From the NCBI GenBank assembly GCA_964291215.2, contig OZ219791.1, positions 1,952,001-2,016,000 of the forward strand: a stretch of 64,000 bases of DNA. Direction: 5' to 3'. The stretch is from Alphaproteobacteria bacterium (GTDB lineage: Bacteria > Pseudomonadota > Alphaproteobacteria > MPNO01 > UBA830). The notes under the pieces were generated by a model. That model saw only the letters and a list, made by a program, of their open reading frames with translations, did no database searches and had not been told where the DNA came from. The position numbers and the translations under genes were made by a program. Position 1 is the stretch's first letter. Each line of letters starts with the position of its first letter. Positions 50,510 through 60,726 of the stretch are shown piece after piece.

Positions 50510-51517
50510 TCAATCGAGCCGGGGCACGACCTCCTCGGCAAAGATCTGCATCTGGTCGAGGAGCTCATCGACATCGTTTGCCGCGAAATAGAGGCCGAGC
50601 AGATGGGTGACGCCCGCCTCGCCCAGCAGATTTGCCCGGTCGACCACGTCATTGACGGTGCCGATCAGGTTGATGTCCTCGTGACCGAGCGCGCCCTGTT
50701 CCCTGAGGGTTGACCGCCGCAGGGATGTCAGGTGTGCGCACATCTGGGTCCGGTTGAAGCGCTCGAGGGCCTCGCTTCGGGTCCGGCCGATATGGACTAT
50801 GTACTGGGGGGCGATGTCGATCTTGCCGAAGTCGCGCCCCTCGGATTCGGCGAGTTCACGCAAATTCGCGATGTCGTTGCGCATCTGGTCGAGATGGACT
50901 GCCGCCGGAAGCCAGCCGTCGCCCCATCTTGCCGTCCGCCGCAGATTGTTGGAGTTGTTGCCGCCAATATAGAAGGGTACGTGGTCCTGTTTCGGCTTTG
51001 GATACAGCTCGACGTCGCGGTAGGAGAAATACTCTCCTTCGAACGAGGCCACCCGCTGGGTCAGCAGCGCCTGCAGCGCCGGGATGCCCTCGTCGACGAT
51101 TCTGCCGCGCCGCAGGTCCACGCCGGGCTGCAGAGCCAGGAACTCCTCCCGATAGGCGCCAATTCCGACGCCGATTTCGAGCCTGCCGCCGGAAAAGTGA
51201 TCCAGCGTCGCCAACTGCTTGGCCGTGACGACGATGTCGCGCCGCATGGGAAGAACCAGGATGCCCGTGCCGAAACGGAGCGTTGTCGTTTCGGCGGCGA
51301 CGAAGGCGTAAGTTATCAGCGGCTCCCAGAAGCGCGGTGGCGTATCGAACTCCGCGCGGACATAGTGCTGGGTCGTCATGTGATCGTTGCCCCACACCGA
51401 ATGATAGCCAAGCGCCTCGGCGTGGCGCGCGATGCGGATCACGGTCTCGGGATCCGAGAACGGTATCGGATAGGTCAGGCCTTCCATACCGGTCGGCAGT
51501 CCTGCGCTGACACGCAT
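50510..51517 (-). CDS. LLM-class oxidoreductase, probably F420-dependent type
   Basis: AEALGYHSVWGNDH, LATLDHFSGGRLEIGVGIG, PKPKQ, GDGWLP. Confidence 0.85.
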   Translation of the reverse strand: MRVSAGLPTGMEGLTYPIPFSDPETVIRIARHAEALGYHSVWGNDHMTTQHYVRAEFDTPPRFWEPLITYAFVAAETTTLRFGTGILVLPMRRDIVVTAKQLATLDHFSGGRLEIGVGIGAYREEFLALQPGVDLRRGRIVDEGIPALQALLTQRVASFEGEYFSYRDVELYPKPKQDHVPFYIGGNNSNNLRRTARWGDGWLPAAVHLDQMRNDIANLRELAESEGRDFGKIDIAPQYIVHIGRTRSEALERFNRTQMCAHLTSLRRSTLREQGALGHEDINLIGTVNDVVDRANLLGEAGVTHLLGLYFAANDVDELLDQMQIFAEEVVPRLD

Positions 51518-51540
51518 GCAACGTCTCCCTGGCGAACGGA

Positions 51541-53277
51541 CTACGCGTTTCGAAGGTTTGCCGTCGCGGTCTCGTCCACGCCGCCGTCGGCGGCGATTGC
51601 GACACCGTAACGGCTGCGGGCAACTTGCCTTGACACCAGACCGGCGCGGACATCGGCGGCAACGGCGTTTGCGTCTCGCGCCATGGCGTCGCCGAGTCCG
51701 CCGCCGCCCGGCATTTCGATCACGACCCGTTCGCCGCTCGGGATGGTCTGCGTCCCCTTGCCGTCGAGTGCGGCTCCCGACGAGAGCCGAACGCCTCCGC
51801 CGCCGCCGTCACAGCCGCCGTCACGGCCACGCGGCGGATGGTCGATGCGGTCGAACAGGGCGCTGAAGGCGAATGGCGCGTCTTCCAGAAGGCCGAGCTC
51901 CATCACCTGGCCGAGACCGCCCCGATAGGTCCCCGGACCACCCGAATCCGGCCGGTACTCCTTGCGCCAGATGATCAGCGGCGAGATTGCCTCGGTGACT
52001 TCGACCGGTACGTTGCGAACTCCGCTCGGGAAGGCCGTGGCAGACAGCCCGTCCTTGCCCGGTCGCGCCCCGGTACCGCCCGAATGGAAGCTCAGGACCG
52101 TGAAGTTCCGGCTGCCGGCGAGCGCACGCGGGTCGGCATCGACCCTGCCTGGGCCGCCATAGGCATAGAGATTCCACAGGCAGGACGTGCCCTCGGCCGG
52201 GACCGCGTTGTCGAGTGCCTGATCAAGGCAGCCGAATACGACATCAGGCAGCATTTGGCCGGTCACGTGGCGCACGGCGACCGGCGCGGGATGTTCGGCG
52301 GCGAGAATGCAACCGGCCGGTGCGGTGATCCGGATCGTCCCGAGCGAGCCGGCATTGTTCGGCACGTCGGGAGCGACGATGCATTTCACGCCGAAGGTCG
52401 CGTAGGCTTCGGTGTAGCAAAGGGGCACGTTTATCCCGCGCGACGAGAGTCCCGAGGTTCCGGTGAAGTCGACATCGATCCCGTCTTCGCCGATCGTCAT
52501 TTCGGCGACCAGATCGACAGGTTCTTCCAGACCATCGATGCGCATCCTGTTCCGGAATTTGCCGGACGGGATCCTGCGGATCGCCTCCAGGGCCGCGGCC
52601 TTCGACCGTTCGAGAATATGGCGGCCGAGACGGTCGAGATCGCCGATCGTGAACTCGTCCATCATCTCGACGAGTCGCCGGCAGGCGGTCTCGTTGCAGG
52701 CTGCGAGCGAATGCAGATCGCCGATCACCTGCACCGGTTCCCGCACGTTGGCGGTAATGATGTCGATCACTGCCTGATCGACCTGGCCGGCATGTGCAAA
52801 TCGCATCAGCGGAATGTACAGCCCTTCCTCGTAGATCGTCGTGCCGTCGGCGGTCATGCCGCGCCCGCCGATATCGACCACATGACAGGTGCTGGCGAAC
52901 AGCGCAACCGGCCGTCCGGCGCGAAAGCAGGGCGTCAGGAACGTGAAATCGTGCAGATGGCCAGTGCCCTTCCAAGGGTCGTTGGTCAGGAAGATATCCC
53001 CTTCGGTCATTTCCGGGATCGGGAAGCGGTCTATGAAGTGGCGCACCGACCGCGCCATCGAGTTGACATGTCCGGGCGTGCCGGTTACGGCTTGGGCCAG
53101 CATGTTGCCGGAAACATCGAAGACGCCAGCCGACAGGTCGCCCGCTTCGCGTGTCGATGTGGAGAACCCGGTTCGGACCAGTGTCTGCGCCTGCTCCTCG
53201 ACGACTGCGACCAGTCGATCCCACATGATCTGGAGATGGATCGAGTCCAACGGATCATTGCGGCCGGCGCTCATCAT
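51541..53277 (-). CDS. Hydantoinase B/oxoprolinase family protein
   Basis: REAGDLS, NDPWKGTGHLHD, HVVDIGG, DSGGPGTYRGG, PGGGGLGD. Confidence 0.93.
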   Translation of the reverse strand: MMSAGRNDPLDSIHLQIMWDRLVAVVEEQAQTLVRTGFSTSTREAGDLSAGVFDVSGNMLAQAVTGTPGHVNSMARSVRHFIDRFPIPEMTEGDIFLTNDPWKGTGHLHDFTFLTPCFRAGRPVALFASTCHVVDIGGRGMTADGTTIYEEGLYIPLMRFAHAGQVDQAVIDIITANVREPVQVIGDLHSLAACNETACRRLVEMMDEFTIGDLDRLGRHILERSKAAALEAIRRIPSGKFRNRMRIDGLEEPVDLVAEMTIGEDGIDVDFTGTSGLSSRGINVPLCYTEAYATFGVKCIVAPDVPNNAGSLGTIRITAPAGCILAAEHPAPVAVRHVTGQMLPDVVFGCLDQALDNAVPAEGTSCLWNLYAYGGPGRVDADPRALAGSRNFTVLSFHSGGTGARPGKDGLSATAFPSGVRNVPVEVTEAISPLIIWRKEYRPDSGGPGTYRGGLGQVMELGLLEDAPFAFSALFDRIDHPPRGRDGGCDGGGGGVRLSSGAALDGKGTQTIPSGERVVIEMPGGGGLGDAMARDANAVAADVRAGLVSRQVARSRYGVAIAADGGVDETATANLRNA

Positions 53278-55391
53278 TCGTCCCTTCGCATGACGATGTG
53301 ACCGGGCAGGTTAATCCGGGCAGTAAAGCCGTCAAGCACGATGGTCCCTGTCCCGTCCTCGACTATGACGGCGGGTCCCGCGATCTTGTCCCCCGGCGCC
53401 AGCATCTCCCGGCGATATACCGGTACGGGCTTCATGTGCGCTTCGTCATGGTCGAACAGATCGCGCAGGGTTTCTTTCACAGGCGTCGATTCGGGGGGCG
53501 CGGGCGGGCAGACTTCCGGATCGGCGGTCGCAGCCGAAAGACGCAGGGTCCAGCTCATCACTTCGATGCCGAGATCCGGTATGTGCCGCCCGTAAGTCGA
53601 CCGGTAGATTTCGTCGAATTCGCTGATCAGTTCGTTTCGGATCCCGTTTCCGTACGGCCCGGCGGGCAGCGCAACGGTGATCTCGTGACCCTGTCCGGTA
53701 TAGCGCATGTCCGCGGCGCGTCTTTCCACCAGTTCCGATCCCGGCGCCGCGCTGGCCACCACCTCCTCGGCTTCCCGGCGCATCTCGGCATACAGCGCGT
53801 TCAGGAGGTCGGGGTCGAAGCCGTCGTTCAGCGGCGCGTAGCGGCTGCGTACGACCTCGTAGGCGACCGGAGCCTGAAGGAAGCCGATTGCCGACCCGAC
53901 GCCGGCGGCAACCGGAATTACGACCTCGTCGATGCCGAGTTTTCCGGCCAGCCGCGCCGCGTGCAGCGGCGCGGCACCCCCGAAGGCCACCAGCGTGCGG
54001 CCGCGGGTCTGCTTGCCGCGCTCGATGGCATGGACACGAGCTGCATTGGCCATGTTCTCCACCACCACCTCCGAGATGCCGAAAGCTGCGGCGGTCGTGG
54101 AGAGCGTCAGTTCGCTGCCCACCGCACGGTCGATCGCGTGGGCGGCGAGGCTGGGGTCGAGCGTGATGCTGCCGCTGGCGAAGGCGGCGGGGTCGATGCG
54201 GCCGAGCGCGACATCGGCATCGGTGACGGTGGGCTCTCTGCCGCCGAATGCGTAGCAGGCCGGTCCCGGCGCCGCGCCTGCGCTCTTCGGCCCAACAAGG
54301 ATGCGCGACATCGCATCTACGCGGGCGATCGAGCCGCCGCCGGCTCCGATCTCGACCATTTCCACCACGGGGATCCGAAGCGGCAGGCCGCTGCCCTTGA
54401 GGAAACGATACTGCCGCGCCACCTCAAAGCTGCGCGAATATTGCGGCTCGCCATCATCGATGAGGCAGATCTTCGCGGTGGTACCGCCCATGTCGAAGGA
54501 CAGTACATCGCGAAGTTCGCATTCGCGGGCCAGGCGCGCTGCCAGTATCACGCCGCCGGCGGGTCCCGATTCAACGAGACGGATCGGAAAGCGGCGCGCG
54601 GTCTCGACCGAGGTAAGTCCGCCGCCCGATGTCATGAGGCAGAGTGGGCAGGAGAATCCCATGCCGCGCAATTCGGTCGAGAGCCGGCCGAGATAGCGGG
54701 CCATCAGCGGCTGGACATAGGCGTTGGCGGCCGTGGTCGACCAGCGCTCGTATTCGCGGATTTCCGGGGACACCTCGCTTGACAACGAGATCCACATTTC
54801 GGGAAATTCGCGGGCTAGGATTCCCGCGAGCCGGCGTTCATGGTCCGGGGCGGCATAGGAATGCATGAGCCCGATGGCAACCGACTCGATCCGGTGGTTG
54901 CGGAGTCGGGCCATGACGTCGTCGAGCGTGTCCTCTTCGAGCGGAATCAGGACGTGGCCCCGCGCATCAACCCGTTCTGCGATTTCGAACCGGAATTCGC
55001 GCGGCACCAGTGGCGTCGGCTTGTCCATGAAGATGTCGTACTGTTCGAACCTGTTCTCATGGGCGATTTCGACGGCGTCGCGAAATCCCTCGGTCACCAG
55101 CATCGCGGTTCTGGCACCCTTGCGTTCTATGAGGGCATTCGTCGCCAGTGTCGTGCCATGTACGACCAGCCGGAAGTCTGCCGGTGCAAGTCCGGTTTCT
55201 TCCAGCGCGTGGCAGATACCTTGGAAGACGCCATTCTCGGGCGCTCCGGCGGTGGTCGGGACCTTGCACGTGAAGAGCGCGCCACCGTTGTCCACTGCGA
55301 TGTCGGTAAAGGTTCCGCCAATGTCCACGCCGATGCGGCATCCGCCCAGCGTGGGAGGACTTTTCGAGTGTTTTTCAGCAGGATGCGACAT
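53274..55391 (-). CDS. Hydantoinase A/oxoprolinase family protein
   Basis: DIGGTFTD, HGTTLATN, ESGPAGG, DMGGTT, GAGGGS, FGGAAPLH. Confidence 0.93.
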   Translation of the reverse strand: MSHPAEKHSKSPPTLGGCRIGVDIGGTFTDIAVDNGGALFTCKVPTTAGAPENGVFQGICHALEETGLAPADFRLVVHGTTLATNALIERKGARTAMLVTEGFRDAVEIAHENRFEQYDIFMDKPTPLVPREFRFEIAERVDARGHVLIPLEEDTLDDVMARLRNHRIESVAIGLMHSYAAPDHERRLAGILAREFPEMWISLSSEVSPEIREYERWSTTAANAYVQPLMARYLGRLSTELRGMGFSCPLCLMTSGGGLTSVETARRFPIRLVESGPAGGVILAARLARECELRDVLSFDMGGTTAKICLIDDGEPQYSRSFEVARQYRFLKGSGLPLRIPVVEMVEIGAGGGSIARVDAMSRILVGPKSAGAAPGPACYAFGGREPTVTDADVALGRIDPAAFASGSITLDPSLAAHAIDRAVGSELTLSTTAAAFGISEVVVENMANAARVHAIERGKQTRGRTLVAFGGAAPLHAARLAGKLGIDEVVIPVAAGVGSAIGFLQAPVAYEVVRSRYAPLNDGFDPDLLNALYAEMRREAEEVVASAAPGSELVERRAADMRYTGQGHEITVALPAGPYGNGIRNELISEFDEIYRSTYGRHIPDLGIEVMSWTLRLSAATADPEVCPPAPPESTPVKETLRDLFDHDEAHMKPVPVYRREMLAPGDKIAGPAVIVEDGTGTIVLDGFTARINLPGHIVMRRDE

Positions 55392-55652
55392 CACATCGGC
55401 CCAATGCAAACATCATTCCACCGGGCCAGTGTAAGCGTAGCGCAGGCGGATTCATTCCAAACCGAAACTGTCTGGATCCGCAGGCGGTCCCGGACCATCC
55501 GGCCGAACTCCAAGGCTCCCGACGTACGAACCACGCCGAGCGCTGCTACAGTCGACCGCGATGTCTGCCACAATCTATCAGCAGAGTTCGCAACGGTCAC
55601 CGGCAGCGACGCCGAGTGATCAGCTCTTCAATGGTGTCGGCAAAAATCGCTT

Positions 55653-57262
55653 TCACCGCCATGCCGTCTCCAAATCGATCCGAGCCAGAATTTCCTCGAT
55701 TACGGCGCTGGCCTCCCGCTGCCTCAGCACTCGAGATTCGCGCTGATCAGCCGTCTCACCCTCGTCCAGTTCGAAACGGGCAACTGGTACCGGGGGGAAT
55801 CGGGTACTGTAACTTGATGTCTGGAAATTTGTCTGAGGTTTGCGCTTTGAGGCGTTTCACTGGGGGGCTAGCCCCCCAGTGAAACGCGGCGCCATCGTGC
55901 TATCCCATGGAGTTGCAAAACCTTCATGGAGGAAGCGAATGGACCTGCGACACACTACGACGATCGGGACTGTTTTGGAACATCTGATCGCAAACGAAGC
56001 AACGGATCTGGGGCGGGTCTTTGGCCAGCTCTTCGAGCTTGCGATGCAAATCGAGCGCGAGCAGCACTTGAAAGCGGGCCACCGGACGCCGGAGCGACAG
56101 GGCCAACGGCTACAAACGGATCGACACCCCCACTGTTACCATTCAGGTGCCAAAGACGGCCGGTCACGGGGACGATCCGTCCCCAGTCGCTTGAACGCGG
56201 CCAGCGATCTTCTCGCGCCGTCATGCTGGCCGTAGCCGAGATGTACATCAACGGTGTTTCCACGCGGCAGGATGTAATGCGCGAGTTCGGGAGCCTGTCC
56301 TCTTCTCAGGGGGCCACCAGGTTGCTCGATGAAGAACTCGCCGCGCAACCGGCCCCTGATGAAATACCTGATCCTGGATGCGCGCTACGAAAAAGCCCGC
56401 CATGACGGCGTTGTGCGCGATGTTGCAGTGCTCTCGGCCATCGGAATAGGGGCTGCAGGCACGTTCTAGGGCTCTCTGTGGCGCTCTCCGAGGCCGAGGT
56501 CCATTGGAGAGCCTTCCTGGAAAGCTTGCTAGACCTGCATGGTACGACCTTCATCGTCTCGGATGCCGGGCTGAAAGCGGCACGGTGCTGGGCGCGGCGA
56601 CATGGCAGCGCTGCCAATTCCACCTGGCGCAAAACGCCGTGCACCGAACAACGACATCAGGAAACGTATTGGAAAACAGCTCGGAGCCATGCGTCCTCAC
56701 TCCAAACTGCCGAGTCTGAACTGGGCGCCCTCGTGGCCAGCGACAAGCATCCAGGCTTCCTGGCTGGAAAACAATGCGCCCGAGGGGTTCGCTGTCTTCA
56801 CCTTGCCCGATGCTCACCGCAAGCGCATGCGAACCTCGAACGGCATCGAGCGACCGATCCAGCAAGAACTCAAGCGGCGCACCTCCAAAGTCAGGGTCTT
56901 TCCGAACCTCGCCTCGTTGGAGCGCCTCTCAACCGCGGTCCTCATCGACGAAAAATGGGAAACCGAAACCAAGGCATACATCAAATGGGAACAGCTCGAT
57001 GACTGAGAGCTTCACGACAATTTCCAGACATCAGGTTGCGTAATCCCGAATCGTCCTTCCGATACCCTTCGACTTCGCCGTCCCCTGCGAAACGATTGCG
57101 AAGGATCGACAAGCAGTTCCGGATCACAGCGCCGTGCCTGTCCTTCAAGGCGTCCCGGAACATCCGCGCAGTGCCGTTTTGACCCTTCTCCGCGTGCTCA
57201 ATGTAATAGATCAGGCTATGAGCGTCCTTCCCCTCGTCCGTCCCGCGGCCAAGCGGCACTGC
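55653..57262 (-). pseudogene. C-terminal remnant of a nucleotidyltransferase-like (type IV TA-associated) gene split by IS256
   Basis: KDAHSLIYYIEH...EGYRKDD (57050-57260) continues past the IS as PVARFELDEGE...RQREASAVIEEILARID (55653-55800); family assignment from memory. Confidence 0.45.
55802..57046 (+). mobile_element. Degenerate IS256-family element
   Basis: Inverted repeats share TGATGTCTGGAAATT. Transposase (55939-57006) motifs EMYINGVSTR, LILDARYEK, WQRCQFH, RTSNGIER, RVFPN are split by many deletions. Confidence 0.93.
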
Positions 57263-57368
57263 AGCAAGTGATCTTGGTCACCGTCAGGGGCGCCCGAACC
57301 GCTAGCGCCTGGGAGAGCTTCGACCCGTTCAAGGCCGCGGCCGCACAAGACGGCCGTTCACCAAGGTC

Positions 57369-60368
57369 TCAGCGCCGCCTATGCTGCCTGGAACCTGACT
57401 TCTTCGGCTGTCCTTGGGGGCGGGACCGAGCTTGCTTCAGATTGTGCGTGTAGTCGCATCGTGGGTAGTTCGAGCAGCCTAGGAAGCGGCCGAACCGTCC
57501 CATCTTCGTTTCTAGCCAGCCGTCGCAGACCGGACATCCCTCGATCGATCCCCCGCAGTCACGGCACCGGAATGTGCTGCCCGATCTGACCGGCAGCCCG
57601 GTTCCGCACTTCGGACACGATCGTTCCGTGTGCTCGCAATATGGCCAGTTGGAGCAGCCGTAGAAGACATTCCTATGACGCGCGTTTTCTCGGCGTTCCA
57701 GACGTCCCTCCTCGCACTGCGGACATGCAACATCCCCTTCCGGCAAGCGGCCGAACACGGTCACATGTTTCTTGTGGTCGATCAGTTCCGTGACAAACGC
57801 GGACGGGGGGGCGCCCTCGGCGAGCAGGAATACTTGGCGGCGTGCACGGGTCAACGCGACATAGAGCAGGCGTCGCTCCTCGGCATTGGGATACCCTTCG
57901 GGCGCCGCCATTACCAGGTCAAGCAATGGGTCGTCCGCGATCTCAACCGGAAAACCGTACTTGCCGGCGCACAGCCCGAGCACCACCACATAGTCGGCTT
58001 CCAGCCCTTTGGCGCGATGCACGGTCATGTAGCCGAATCGCAGGCCCGGATACTGCTTTGCCAGGCTGTCGAGATTCAGCGGCTGCAAATGCCGGTAGCG
58101 GCCCAGCAGCAGCACCTCCGACATTCCGTCGTGCCTTTGGGCGTCCTCGGCGATCCGGTCGAGGGCTTCCTTTAGTAGTGAGAGCCCTTTGTCGCCTGAA
58201 AGGCCTATATGCACCGCTGGTCGGTCGGCCTCGCGCGTTGCACGGACCGTCTTGCGGATCTGCGCAGGATTGCGCAGCACGAAATCGGTGGCGACCATGG
58301 CGATGCGATCCGCACACCGGAACGTGGTTTCCAGATCGATGCGTTCGAACTCGCCGAATCTCTCCCCGAATTCCCGCATGACGGCGATGTCTGACCCGCC
58401 GAACCGGAAGATCGCCTGCCAGTCGTCCCCCACTGCAAACAGCTGCGATCCCGGAGAGCGGTCGAGCAGCGCCCTTAACAATCGCGCGCGGGCGGGCGAG
58501 ATGTCCTGGAACTCGTCGACCAGAATGTAGCCGAAGGGACTGTGGTAGCGACCGGCCTCTACGTGATCGGTGGCCCGGGCGATCATGTCATGGAAGTCGA
58601 TCTCTTCGTCACGGGCGAGCGTTGCCTGATAACGTTCGAAGATCGGCCCGAACATCTTCAGAAACGCTTCTGCCCGCCCCTCGTCGTCAAGGGAACCAGC
58701 CTGCCGGGCGACCTCCTCCAAGGAACGTTGGCCGCCCTTGAAGTGCTGCAGGAAGGTCGCCAGCAGGCGGATGAATGGGTCGACCCGTCCCTGTTCTTCG
58801 AGGACTGAAAACACCTGTTCCTTTGAAAGCGGCGTCCGCTCCACACCGTGCGCCATCAGCTTTTTCTCAAGGTTCCGGATCAATCGTCCATCAGCGCGTT
58901 CGCGCGTGAAGGTCTCTATCAGGACGGTGTCTCGTTCGGTATGGACCTGCCGCTTCCACTCCATTTCCTCGAGGTATTTCTCTCGGTCAACGAACGGCGC
59001 CGTATTTCCCTCGGCGTCGAGCCCGAAGTGCTCGATATAGATACCGTGGTCCGGAAGATAGAAGTCGGGCTTGTACTGGCGCTTCTCGGCTGTCGCGGTA
59101 TCGTGCTCGTAGGATGCCTCGTACTCGTAGGCGATGCCGTTGAGATAGAGGAAGTTCGCAATTTCGCATTCCTCGTAGCTCTTCACCTTGTCACCCTTCA
59201 GCGAACGGATGTCATTCCGACGGATGTAGTTCCAGTACGCGCCCCAGTTTGGGAACTCGTGCGTGCTCTTGTAGGGCGCGAACTGATCCTGGAACCATTC
59301 CAGCATGGTCTCCGAAAGGTCGCCGCCAGCCAGCAAATCAGCGACGATGCCCTTGAGCACATCGAACAGCATCCGGTCGTTTTCCGCCGACCGGGCCAGC
59401 GCCGGACGCTTGCCTTCGGCCTCGCCGATGATCGCCATGCCTAGGCTGTGGAAAGTTCGAATCGTTACGTCGCGGGCGGTTACGGTGCCGAGCCGTCTAC
59501 CGACGCGTTCCTCCATTTCGTTCCGGGCGTCCCGTGCAAAGGCGAGCAACAGGAGCTCGGACGGCTTCCGATACCCTCTCTGGACCAGCCAGCCCGCTTT
59601 CGCCACGATGACCGAGGTCTTGCCGCTTCCCGCTGCGGCGACCACCAGATTGCGCCGCTCGTCGACGACTACCGCTCTGCGTTGTTCGTCCGTGAGCGGC
59701 CTGACCTCGATCCGGTTGAACAGGTCGCGCGACCGGACTAGCTCATTCGCGATGAATGCCTCGTTGGCCCTTGATCTGGCATTGTCCGGCGCTTCCAGGA
59801 ACTCCAGCATGGCCCTCAGTATCCGGATCTCCGGGGTGTCGGACAGGGCATCCGGCCAGTGTCCGGCTACGCCGCCGGCCACCGCCTGCGCATCCTGCAC
59901 AAGATCGTGGATGGTGTTGGAATGGACATATCCCGGTGGATCGGCAATTTGGACCAACCGGCCGTGGACGGAGCGAAGCGCACCAATCTGGGGTCCCAGC
60001 GTACTGCGCCACCATTCGATCCTCGCGGTCTCAATCGCATCCGCCAGCGCATCGGCTTCGCTTCGGGCAAGCCCCGACACGGTTATCCCGGCCGTTGCAC
60101 TGCCCAGGCTGACGCCGCTCCAGCGCCTGCCAACCTTCAGCCGGACCGATTCGATGTCCCGTAGGGCGATTTTCCTCGAGTGCAACGCGAAAGCGACCGT
60201 GACGTTGTCGGCGTTCACCGTCGCGGCCCCGGCGCTCCCCGGACGAAACACTGTGAACAGCAACGAGGTCAGTCCGGTCCGCTTCACGCAGAACCGCGAG
60301 CTTGGACTGGCCACTTCTCTGGAGGTGCTGTGCACCTCTAATCCTGCAAGTTTCGTCACTTCTGCCAT
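57369..60368 (-). CDS. UvrD/helicase IV-like SF1 helicase with inserted nuclease-like domain and C-terminal zinc ribbons
   Basis: AAAGSGKT, LVDEFQD, VGDDWQAIFRF, HRAKGLE, YVALTRAR; VKSYEE..IAN..YE..PDFYL..IEHFG insert; CPQC, GCSNWPYC, CPKC, CRDC, CPVC, GCSNYPRC. Confidence 0.92.
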   Translation of the reverse strand: MAEVTKLAGLEVHSTSREVASPSSRFCVKRTGLTSLLFTVFRPGSAGAATVNADNVTVAFALHSRKIALRDIESVRLKVGRRWSGVSLGSATAGITVSGLARSEADALADAIETARIEWWRSTLGPQIGALRSVHGRLVQIADPPGYVHSNTIHDLVQDAQAVAGGVAGHWPDALSDTPEIRILRAMLEFLEAPDNARSRANEAFIANELVRSRDLFNRIEVRPLTDEQRRAVVVDERRNLVVAAAGSGKTSVIVAKAGWLVQRGYRKPSELLLLAFARDARNEMEERVGRRLGTVTARDVTIRTFHSLGMAIIGEAEGKRPALARSAENDRMLFDVLKGIVADLLAGGDLSETMLEWFQDQFAPYKSTHEFPNWGAYWNYIRRNDIRSLKGDKVKSYEECEIANFLYLNGIAYEYEASYEHDTATAEKRQYKPDFYLPDHGIYIEHFGLDAEGNTAPFVDREKYLEEMEWKRQVHTERDTVLIETFTRERADGRLIRNLEKKLMAHGVERTPLSKEQVFSVLEEQGRVDPFIRLLATFLQHFKGGQRSLEEVARQAGSLDDEGRAEAFLKMFGPIFERYQATLARDEEIDFHDMIARATDHVEAGRYHSPFGYILVDEFQDISPARARLLRALLDRSPGSQLFAVGDDWQAIFRFGGSDIAVMREFGERFGEFERIDLETTFRCADRIAMVATDFVLRNPAQIRKTVRATREADRPAVHIGLSGDKGLSLLKEALDRIAEDAQRHDGMSEVLLLGRYRHLQPLNLDSLAKQYPGLRFGYMTVHRAKGLEADYVVVLGLCAGKYGFPVEIADDPLLDLVMAAPEGYPNAEERRLLYVALTRARRQVFLLAEGAPPSAFVTELIDHKKHVTVFGRLPEGDVACPQCEEGRLERRENARHRNVFYGCSNWPYCEHTERSCPKCGTGLPVRSGSTFRCRDCGGSIEGCPVCDGWLETKMGRFGRFLGCSNYPRCDYTHNLKQARSRPQGQPKKSGSRQHRRR

Positions 60369-60726
60369 TCATTTCGACGATGTCATAATCGACGCCAACA
60401 TCACGGAATATACTACACCTTGATATAGAGCACGGATTTTACTGGTTGTTCTTGGCTTCCTGCAAATCAAACCCCTTTCCAGATACCGTTCCCGAGACCG
60501 GAACGATTCGAAATAGGGCGTAGCCGGCTCGCGCCTGCCGATAAACGGTCCGTCGCGCGGAGGGCATCACGGCAAGTGTTCCGCCAGACCGTGGAGAAGG
60601 CAATCCTCGCGTCAGCACAGTTGCACGCATGCCCGATCCGTGTCGCTTGGATTCTATCGGTTGAGGTCGGTATAGTTCATTTCAGCAGAACGCAAGCCTT
60701 TCCGCTGGTTCGGAGACTACGACCTG

